Part shown: one piece after another, positions 57,013-64,000 of the stretch
Position numbering within the stretch: the stretch's first letter is position 1
Layout: every line of letters begins with the position of its first letter
Source: an uncultured Campylobacter sp.
Lineage (GTDB): Bacteria > Campylobacterota > Campylobacteria > Campylobacterales > Campylobacteraceae
NCBI RefSeq assembly: GCF_938045405.1
Contig: NZ_CALIMW010000057.1
Location: 2,312-66,311, forward strand
Direction of reading: 5' to 3'
DNA length: 64,000 nucleotides
Program-made: the position numbers and the translations under genes
Notes under the pieces: generated by a model
Seen by the model: the letters and a program-made list of their open reading frames with translations, nothing else
Databases searched by the model: none
Told to the model about the DNA's origin: nothing

Positions 57013-57543
57013 TTAAAGCTTATTTAAATACTTTATATAATTTTTCGCGCTATTTTCTACGGCTTGCTCGCTTTTATCGTAAGTAAAGCCGTATGAGACG
57101 AAATTTGGTAGCGCAATCGCGCCGACGAAATTAAACGTAGCCTTAAATGGCGCTAGCACCTCATCTACGCTAAAGCCCACAATGCCGTTTTTAGAGTAGT
57201 TTGCCTCGGTCGCGCCAAGTGAGATCGCAAGCGCGAATTTTTTGCCCTTAAGTTTGCCGCCATCCTCTCCGCCATAAGCCCAGCCGCGCGTAAAAACATC
57301 CTCAAACCACTGCTTAAGAAGCGGCGTGCAGTTTGAAAAACGAAACGGAAACTGAAGCACGATTTTATCGTGGCTTTCGAGCAGTTTTTGCTCCTTTTCC
57401 ACATCGATTTTAAAATCCGCATAAAGCGCGTAAAGATCATGAAGCTCGAACTTATCAGGATGGGCTAGCACAGCATCCCTCCAGTGGCGGTTTACGAGCG
57501 AGTTTGCGATATTTGGATGAGCCAAAATAATGAGAGTTTTCAT
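57013..57543 (-). CDS. flavodoxin-like fold NAD(P)H-dependent oxidoreductase (NAD(P)H dehydrogenase (quinone) / general stress protein 14 family)
   Basis: 176 aa. MKTLIILAHPNIANSLVNR N-terminus characteristic of the Flavodoxin_2 family. Confidence 0.75.
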   Translation of the reverse strand: MKTLIILAHPNIANSLVNRHWRDAVLAHPDKFELHDLYALYADFKIDVEKEQKLLESHDKIVLQFPFRFSNCTPLLKQWFEDVFTRGWAYGGEDGGKLKGKKFALAISLGATEANYSKNGIVGFSVDEVLAPFKATFNFVGAIALPNFVSYGFTYDKSEQAVENSAKNYIKYLNKL

Positions 57544-58103
57544 TTCTATCCTTTAAATTTGAAATTGCGGGGCGCATTATAGCCCTACTTCGTAAAATTT
57601 TTCTCGTTTTATCGCAAGCAGCCTTAAATTCTAAAGCTTTACCAGCCGCCACCCGCTTATCTTTGACAGCGGCTTCAAAGAGCGCGAGCTTTGAATTTCA
57701 AACTTCATCCATTACTCGCGCTTTATTTTAGAAATGCTCGCCCTTGGGGCACTCGTCGCGTTTTACGGAGGTTTATCACTTCTTTGCAAATATTCATATT
57801 CCATTGCGGAAGCTCGCGCGAGTAAAATTTTAACGAAGCCGCCGCGCAGGGGAAATTTTAATAAAATTTAGCATCGTTTCTCTGCGAGCATTCGCCACAA
57901 CAAATAAAATTTAGATGAAATCTAGCCGTGCTTTAAACTATATAATCTTGCCATCGGTTCCGTCGTCGGGCTGCGGGTGCTCATCGCGCTCTTATGAGTG
58001 TCCGTCACGCTTTCGTGCAGGCTCGTTACGCTCCTGCGAAGACTTGCCGCTTTCCTGCGGATGGTAGTTGCAACAAAAAATTTTGAGTAGAATTTAGCGT
58101 AAT

Positions 58104-58955
58104 TTAAATTCTAAAGCTTTGCCTACCAGCCGCCTCTTCAGGATCTGAATTATCATCGCGCTCCTGCGAGCGCCCGCCGCGCAGCTCCTGTCTGGGCTGC
58201 ACGCCAAAGCCCTCCAAGACCTTGCCTAGGCTTTCATTAGCGTCCTTGATGATACCTTGCAGGCTTTCGCCCATCTGATCAAGGTTTTTGCCCGCCTCGC
58301 GCGCCGCCGCCTCGCCCTGCTTTAGCAGATCCTTGGTCCTATCGGCGTTGCGAGCGGCGAAATCGTTCAGCGCTTCGGGCGCCTTTTTCTGCAAATTTTG
58401 CAAGGCCTCGCCCAAAACTTTAGCATCGTTTGCAAGCTCGTCTATCGTGGAATTTAGATCGGATTTTTGCTTGCTCTCAAAGCCCTGCGGCACGGAATTT
58501 TGCGTGGAGCCTTGCATAGAATTTTGTGTGGAGCTTTGAACGGAATTTCGCCCCGAGCTATCCGTGCTTTTATTAAAATTTCGCCCTTGATTACTCGCGC
58601 TAAAATTCTGTTCCGATCGTGCGCTTTGTTCGCGATTTTGCGCGTCTGATCCGCCGTCGCAGCCGCTTAAAATACATATCGCGGCTAACGCCAAAGTAAA
58701 ATTTCGCGCCGCGTTTATAAAACTAAAATTTCTAGCGCGACCCGCTGAGATAAAATTTAATCCGCCCTGCGCCGAGATAAAATTTCGCCCGCTGCCGATC
58801 TTTATAAAATTCTGCCTAACGTATGCCGAAGTAAAATTTCGCCCGCCATCCGCCGAATCGAAATTTCGCGACCGTCCAGAGCCCGGCTCGCCGCTAGCTC
58901 TGATAAAATTCTGCGCCAAATCCCGTCCGCACCCTTTCAAAATTCGTCTTTTCAA
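58104..58955 (-). CDS. putative lipoprotein with coiled-coil C-terminal region; the N-terminal ~90 codons are a 27-bp-periodic repeat array and may be untranslated
   Basis: The track ORF starts at TTG 58955, 12 nt after the cinA stop. Residues 1-90 are RNF/QNF 9-aa repeats. A lipobox-like ALAAICILSGC|D sits at about aa 89-99 (Cys at nt ~58661). The C-terminal 150 aa is helical and charged. Confidence 0.45.
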   Translation of the reverse strand: MKRRILKGCGRDLAQNFIRASGEPGSGRSRNFDSADGGRNFTSAYVRQNFIKIGSGRNFISAQGGLNFISAGRARNFSFINAARNFTLALAAICILSGCDGGSDAQNREQSARSEQNFSASNQGRNFNKSTDSSGRNSVQSSTQNSMQGSTQNSVPQGFESKQKSDLNSTIDELANDAKVLGEALQNLQKKAPEALNDFAARNADRTKDLLKQGEAAAREAGKNLDQMGESLQGIIKDANESLGKVLEGFGVQPRQELRGGRSQERDDNSDPEEAAGRQSFRI

Positions 58956-58960
58956 AATCC
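58690..58960. repeat. 27-bp-periodic tandem array (gAGATAAAATTTCGCCCGC-type units), about 8 copies, between cinA and the lipoprotein gene
   Basis: The aaatt cores fall at about 58698, 58735, 58752, 58779, 58806, 58833, 58860 and 58906. The central five are spaced exactly 27 bp apart. Confidence 0.85.
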
Positions 58961-58966
58961 GCTCCT

Positions 58967-60124
58967 TTAAATTTCATCTCTCGCAGGCGCGCTCGGAAGC
59001 CGCCCGAAAAACAGATCGCTTCTAAGCTTCAAAAGCAAGCAGATAGCGATATCGGCGCTTTGTTCGCGGATATAGTTTCGATCGCCTTTTAGATGAAATT
59101 CCCCGACGATCTGTTTGCCGCCCTGCTCCTTCGCGCCGATAAAGACCGTCCCTACGGGCTTTTGCGCGCTTCCGCCGCCGGGGCCTGCGATACCGCTTAC
59201 TGCAAGAGCGAAGCTTGCCCCGCTGCTTTGTAGCGCGCCCTCCAGCATCTCGCCCACGGTTTGTGCGCTGACCGCGCCGTAGCGCGCGAGCGTATCTTCG
59301 CCTACGTTTAGCCAGAGATTTTTTATCTCGTTGGCGTAGCTTACGAGCGAGCCGTCAAAAACGTCGCTCACGCCCGCGACCGCGCCGAATTTTGCGGCGA
59401 TAAGCCCTGCGGTGCAGCTTTCGGCGAAGGTTATTTTAGCGCCTATCTCGCGCAGTCTATCCACCACAAAGCCCATAAAATCGCCGCCTTCGATGTAGCA
59501 GCTCTCATAATACTTGCCGACGCTTTGCAAAAACGCGTCCAGCGCTCCGAATTTCATCGCACTGGCGCGCACGAGTAGCAAAAAGGAGCCGGGTCTGCTG
59601 ATCGTAAGCGAAATTTTATAGCTAATCGCAAGGCTTTCTAGGCGCTGCTTTACACTTTCGTATTCGCAGTCAAAAAGATAAAAGCTCTCGCCCGCGCTCG
59701 GCGCGTCTTGAAGGATCGGCGGCAGGCTCTGCAAGCAAAGAGCCTTGATCACGTTTACCGAGCAGCCTCTGACGTTTAGCAGGAAGCTGTTTTTCGCCAC
59801 CGTGCGCGCCATCGAGGGCGCTAGGGTTTCTCCATTTTTCAGCTCAAGCGAATCGAAAGAGAGCGTCGATAAAATTTTACCGACGACCGCGTAGGCGGAG
59901 TTTGCCGCAAAGATCGTGATAAAATCGTACGAATCGATCATCTTTTCAAGTGCGAAGGGCAAAACCTTATCGTTTTCGCTTAAGAATTTCAAATCGTCGA
60001 TCCGCCCAAAAACTCGTTCGTAGCTGCGAGATATATAGCTCATCAAAGCCGCGTCGTAGCGGATCTCCTCGCCGATTACAAGGATGATATTTTTCATAAA
60101 GACCCTCATTAAATTTTCGCACAT
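58967..60124 (-). CDS. cinA: CinA-family protein (C-terminal nicotinamide-nucleotide amidohydrolase PncC-like domain)
   Basis: 385 aa. C-terminal ITFAESCTAGLIAAKF ... GAVSAQTVGEM matches the CinA_C domain. N-terminal MoCF-biosynthesis-like domain is divergent. Confidence 0.75.
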   Translation of the reverse strand: MCENLMRVFMKNIILVIGEEIRYDAALMSYISRSYERVFGRIDDLKFLSENDKVLPFALEKMIDSYDFITIFAANSAYAVVGKILSTLSFDSLELKNGETLAPSMARTVAKNSFLLNVRGCSVNVIKALCLQSLPPILQDAPSAGESFYLFDCEYESVKQRLESLAISYKISLTISRPGSFLLLVRASAMKFGALDAFLQSVGKYYESCYIEGGDFMGFVVDRLREIGAKITFAESCTAGLIAAKFGAVAGVSDVFDGSLVSYANEIKNLWLNVGEDTLARYGAVSAQTVGEMLEGALQSSGASFALAVSGIAGPGGGSAQKPVGTVFIGAKEQGGKQIVGEFHLKGDRNYIREQSADIAICLLLKLRSDLFFGRLPSAPARDEI

Positions 60125-60215
60125 TATAGCATAAACGCAGACTGCTCTTTCAGAGCTTTTTAATGGCGTTTTGGATAAACTTCACAAATTTTTTAAGACA
60201 CGAAAAGGTACAAAT

Positions 60216-62975
60216 ATGGACTACAAAGATACTCTCTTTCTTCCTACGACGGACTTTGCGATGCGAGGCGCGCTACCGCAAAACGAACCTGCGCGGTTTA
60301 AGGCATGGTATGACGAGCGTAAAATTTACGAAAAGATGAAAGCTAGGCGCAAGGGCGCAAGCGTCAGCTTCAATATCCACGACGGCCCGCCGTATGCCAA
60401 CGGACACCTCCACATCGGCCACGCGCTGAATAAAATTTTAAAAGACATCATCACCAAAACCCATTATTTTTTCGGCGAGGATATCCGCTACGTGCCGGGC
60501 TGGGACTGCCACGGCCTGCCGATCGAGCAGCAAGTAGAGATCAAGCTAGGCGAGCGGAAAAAATCGCTTTCAAAAGTGCAGATCCGCGAGCTTTGCAGAC
60601 AGCACGCCAAAGAGTTCATCGACGTGCAGCGCAATGAATTTAAAGATATGGGGATTTTGGGCGACTGGGACGATCCGTATCTGACGCTAAAATTTGAGTT
60701 TGAGGCTGAAATTTACAAAGCGCTCTGCCAGATCGCGAAAAAAGGAATTTTAATCGAGCGAAGTAAGCCCGTGTTTTGGAGCTGGGCGGCAAAAAGCGCG
60801 CTCGCAGAAGCCGAGGTCGAGTACAAAGACAAAGAGGACTACTCGATCTTCGTGGCGTTCGATCTAAGCGATGAAGCGAACGCTAAAATCGGCGCGAAAG
60901 GCGCCAAAGCGGTCATCTGGACGACCACGCCTTGGACGCTGCCTGCAAACGGCGCGATATCTTTGAACCCGAATGAAATTTACGCGCTGACGAGCGAAAA
61001 TTTAATCTTTGCAAAACCTTTGGTCGAAAGCCTCGTAAGACTGGGCATCACGAAGGGCGAGATAGTAAAAGAATTTAAAGCCGCCGAGCTTGAGGGCTTA
61101 AACGCGATCAATCCACTAAACGATAGAGCTTCGAAATTTATCCTCGGCGAGCACGTCCTGATGGACGGCGGCACCGGGCTCGTGCATACGGCTCCGGGGC
61201 ACGGCGAGGACGATTATTTCGTAGGGCTTAAATACGGCATCGAGGTGATTATGCCCGTGGATGAGGGCGGCTGTTTCGACGAGACGCTTAAAACCAAAAA
61301 ACTCTTCCGCGCAGACGTCGTAGATGAGCTCGTGGGGATGCATATTTTCAAAGCAAACGAGAAAATTTTAGAGCTTCTAGGCCCCGCACTTATCAAATCC
61401 GGCAAATTCGTCCACTCCTATCCGCACTGCTGGCGCACGCACAAGCCGGTGATCTACCGCGCGACGAAGCAGTGGTTTATCGCGATGGATGAGCCCAAAC
61501 TCAGCGGCAAGACGCTGCGCCAAGTAGCACTTGAAGAGATCGAAAAGGTTAAATTTTATCCGCAAAGCGGCATCAACCGCCTAAGCTCAATGATAGAAAA
61601 CCGCCCCGATTGGTGCATCTCGCGCCAGAGAGATTGGGGCGTGCCGATCGCGTTTTTCCGCGACAAAAGCACCAAAGAGCCGATCTTTGATGAGAAAATT
61701 TTAAATAATATCTACGAAATTTTTAAAGCCAAAGGCGCGGATGCTTGGTGGCAGATGGAAATTTCGGAGCTCTTGCCGCAAGATAGCGGCTATAAGCCTG
61801 AAAATTTAGAAAAGGTGATGGATATCTTAGACGTTTGGTTCGATAGCGGCTCTACGTGGAAAGCGGTGCTACAAAGCGGCGCCTACGATGCGGGCAAATT
61901 CCCTGCGGATATGTATCTTGAGGGCAGCGACCAACACCGCGGCTGGTTTCAAAGCTCTCTGCTTCTAAGCTGCGCAATCAACGAATGCGCGCCGTACAAA
62001 AGCATACTCACGCACGGATTTACCGTCGATGAGAAGGGCCAGAAGATGAGCAAGTCCGTCGGAAACGTCGTCTATCCGCAAGAGGTCGCAAAGAGCCACG
62101 GCGTGGAAATTTTACGCCTTTGGGTCGCGATGAGCGATTATTCGACCGATCTAAAGATCAGCGACAATATCCTAAAGCAGGTAAGCGAGCAGTACCGCAA
62201 GATCCGAAATACTATAAGATTTCTACTCGCAAGCACCAGCGATTTAAATGAGATCGAGACGAGTAATTTTACGCGGCTTGATCGCTGGATCCTAACGCGC
62301 GCGGCAAACGCCTTTGCGGGCGCGGAAGCGGCGTTTAGAAACTACGATTTTTCAAAGGGCTTCAACGCCTTACTAAATTTCTTAAGCGCCGATTTGAGCG
62401 GCATCTATCTTGATATCTGCAAAGACAGGCTCTACTGCGACGCACCCGACGAGCCGCGCCGCAGAAGCGCGCAAAGTGCGATCGCTCTGATTACGCGAGC
62501 GCTGCTACCTCTGATCGCGCCTACGCTAACCTACACGATTGACGAAGTAATGGAATTTGCGCCGCAAATCATTAAAGAGGGCAAGCAGGACGCTTTCGAT
62601 CTAATCTACAAGCAGGTAGAATTTGACGATTTTCTAGAATTCGACGAAATTTTAATCAAATCGAGGGAGAAATTTTTCGAACTCATTGACGCGCTGAAAA
62701 AGGACAAGATTATCAAGTCGACGCTTGAGCTGGTTTTGCAGACGAGCTCGAACGAAATTTTATCAAACGACATCCTAGGCGTGGCGGATTGGTTCATGGT
62801 AAGCGACGTGGACACTCTGCAAAGCGAGGAGGCTCTAGCGGAGTTTAAGATAAACGATGAAATTTTCCGCCTCGTAAAATCCTCTAAACACAAATGCCCT
62901 AGATGCTGGAAATTTAACGCAAAAGAGCCGTATGAGCTCTGCCCGCGCTGCGCGAAGGTCATGCATGCTCGCTAG
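60216..62975 (+). CDS. ileS: isoleucine--tRNA ligase
   Basis: The start was re-set to the ATG at 60216 ([18 protein letters not shown] aligns with the E. coli IleS N-terminus MSDYKSTLNLPETGFPMRG), with AAAGG 8 nt upstream. HIGH (HIGHALN) and KMSKS motifs. C-terminal Zn-finger CPRCWKF...CPRC. Confidence 0.95.
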   Translation: MDYKDTLFLPTTDFAMRGALPQNEPARFKAWYDERKIYEKMKARRKGASVSFNIHDGPPYANGHLHIGHALNKILKDIITKTHYFFGEDIRYVPGWDCHGLPIEQQVEIKLGERKKSLSKVQIRELCRQHAKEFIDVQRNEFKDMGILGDWDDPYLTLKFEFEAEIYKALCQIAKKGILIERSKPVFWSWAAKSALAEAEVEYKDKEDYSIFVAFDLSDEANAKIGAKGAKAVIWTTTPWTLPANGAISLNPNEIYALTSENLIFAKPLVESLVRLGITKGEIVKEFKAAELEGLNAINPLNDRASKFILGEHVLMDGGTGLVHTAPGHGEDDYFVGLKYGIEVIMPVDEGGCFDETLKTKKLFRADVVDELVGMHIFKANEKILELLGPALIKSGKFVHSYPHCWRTHKPVIYRATKQWFIAMDEPKLSGKTLRQVALEEIEKVKFYPQSGINRLSSMIENRPDWCISRQRDWGVPIAFFRDKSTKEPIFDEKILNNIYEIFKAKGADAWWQMEISELLPQDSGYKPENLEKVMDILDVWFDSGSTWKAVLQSGAYDAGKFPADMYLEGSDQHRGWFQSSLLLSCAINECAPYKSILTHGFTVDEKGQKMSKSVGNVVYPQEVAKSHGVEILRLWVAMSDYSTDLKISDNILKQVSEQYRKIRNTIRFLLASTSDLNEIETSNFTRLDRWILTRAANAFAGAEAAFRNYDFSKGFNALLNFLSADLSGIYLDICKDRLYCDAPDEPRRRSAQSAIALITRALLPLIAPTLTYTIDEVMEFAPQIIKEGKQDAFDLIYKQVEFDDFLEFDEILIKSREKFFELIDALKKDKIIKSTLELVLQTSSNEILSNDILGVADWFMVSDVDTLQSEEALAEFKINDEIFRLVKSSKHKCPRCWKFNAKEPYELCPRCAKVMHAR

Positions 62976-63075
62976 CCCCATAAGTCTCAGCTTCGTATTT
63001 TTTACGATCGCGCTGATCTGCGTAGCGACGGGCGTGGGGATCTATTTCGTGAATAAATTTAAGGATGGCAGATGA
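62965..63075 (+). CDS. 36-codon hydrophobic micro-ORF (single predicted TM helix), translationally coupled between ileS and gatA
   Basis: ATG at 62965 lies inside the last ileS codons. The ORF encodes [36 protein letters not shown] and stops at TGA 63073-63075, overlapping the gatA ATG (ATGA). Below the track's 60-aa cutoff. Confidence 0.35.
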   Translation: MLASPISLSFVFFTIALICVATGVGIYFVNKFKDGR

Positions 63076-64000
63076 TAAGTTTGAAAGAGGCTCTAAAGCT
63101 GAGCGCGGATGAAATTTCGGCGCTTAGAGCGGAGCTAAAGGATAAAATTTTAAAAACCAAAGAGCTCGGCGCCTACGTAGAGCAGCTCACGGGCGAGGCT
63201 CTAAATATCAGCGGCCAGGGCGTGCCGATCGCGATCAAAGATAATATCCAAGTAAAAGATTGGAGCGTCACCTCGGCGAGTAAAATTTTGCAAGGCTACG
63301 TTGCGCCATACGATGCGACGGTGATCAAAAAGCTACGCGAGCGCGGCCTGGCGCCGTTTGGGCGAACGAATATGGATGAGTTTGCGATGGGAAGCACGAC
63401 CGAGAGCTCATTCTACGGCAAAACTCTCAATCCGACCGATCACTCGCGTGTACCCGGCGGCAGTAGCGGCGGAAGCGCGGCTGCCGTAGCGGCAAATATC
63501 GCCGTAGCCGCACTCGGAAGCGATACGGGCGGCTCGATCCGCCAGCCGGCGGCATTTTGCGGCTGCGTAGGCTTTAAGCCGAGCTACGGCAGGGTAAGCC
63601 GCTACGGGCTTGCGGCGTATTCTAGCAGCCTCGATCAGATAGGACCGATTACGCGCAGCGTCGAGGACGCGGCGATCTTATACGACATCATCGCAGGGCG
63701 CGACGAGATGGATAGCACGAGCTACGCGGGCGCCTACGAAAGCACCGCGGATAAGCTAAACGCGGATCGCAAGCTTAAGATCGCCGTTATAAAAAACTAC
63801 GTGGACGAGGCCTCGCAGCAGGTCAAAGAGGCTCTAAATTCGGCTATAGAAAAGCTAAAATCATTCGGGCATGAGATCGTTTACCGCGATCTTTGCAGCT
63901 CCAAATACGACATCGCGACCTACTACATCATCGCAACCGCCGAGGCTAGCGCAAATTTAAGCCGCTACGACGGCGTGCGCTACGGAAACCGCGCAAAGGC
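63072..64000 (+). CDS. gatA: glutamyl-tRNA(Gln) amidotransferase subunit A, 5' portion running off the window edge
   Basis: [15 protein letters not shown]... with the amidase-signature [13 protein letters not shown] and [12 protein letters not shown]. No stop within the window. Confidence 0.9.
   Translation, partial: MISLKEALKLSADEISALRAELKDKILKTKELGAYVEQLTGEALNISGQGVPIAIKDNIQVKDWSVTSASKILQGYVAPYDATVIKKLRERGLAPFGRTNMDEFAMGSTTESSFYGKTLNPTDHSRVPGGSSGGSAAAVAANIAVAALGSDTGGSIRQPAAFCGCVGFKPSYGRVSRYGLAAYSSSLDQIGPITRSVEDAAILYDIIAGRDEMDSTSYAGAYESTADKLNADRKLKIAVIKNYVDEASQQVKEALNSAIEKLKSFGHEIVYRDLCSSKYDIATYYIIATAEASANLSRYDGVRYGNRAK

Noticed and set aside
60171-60215. 15-codon upstream extension of ileS ([15 protein letters not shown])
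   Set aside because: The IleS N-terminal consensus aligns from the ATG at 60216, which has a better RBS. The upstream ATG is probably not used.

Overview
This window is a Campylobacter-type (Campylobacterota) chromosomal segment with about 55 protein-coding genes and no rRNA, tRNA or CRISPR-cas that I could recognise. It is mostly housekeeping. Gene order matches two known Campylobacter jejuni blocks, recalled from memory: (1) wecB' / HhH-GPD glycosylase / small ORF / DUF815 ATPase / mfd / M23 peptidase / folC / lptE-like / leuS / small membrane protein / secF / secD / yajC / lnt; (2) pyrH-rpoZ-spoT-tyrS-NMO-amiA ... rodA / rluD / FlpA-like FN3 lipoprotein / trmB-ftsE-ftsX-envC. The rest of the window holds a ThrE-family exporter pair, an EamA transporter, a vWA protein, a DSD1-family PLP enzyme, a pyrimidine-dimer glycosylase-like protein, fhs, xthA, dgkA, a PepSY/TonB-dependent receptor pair, a Tat-exported TorA/BisC-type molybdoenzyme, pyrC-pyrB, cinA, ileS and the start of gatA.

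The most unusual signals are these. (a) A short periodic repeat family, built from GC-rich blocks of about 15-20 bp punctuated by RAAATTY cores (aaattt / gaattt / aaattc / gaattc), fills nearly every intergenic region. The same family also appears as in-frame, stop-free low-complexity insertions inside conserved enzymes: about 145 aa in FolC, about 125 aa in RluD and a roughly 360-aa C-terminal extension of TrmB that runs into ftsE. RAATTY is the motif methylated by the C. jejuni transformation-associated methyltransferase CtsM, so this may be a methylation or uptake-linked motif expansion. (b) A low-GC island at about 34.2-38.8 kb carries an AT-rich TTG-initiated orphan gene, a PepSY protein with a near-consensus Fur box, and two tandem paralogous membrane proteins. 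(c) Several ORF-free 400-670 bp GC-rich intergenic blocks. (d) Tandem arrays with 16-bp and 27-bp periods. (e) A 36-codon hydrophobic micro-ORF translationally coupled between ileS and gatA.
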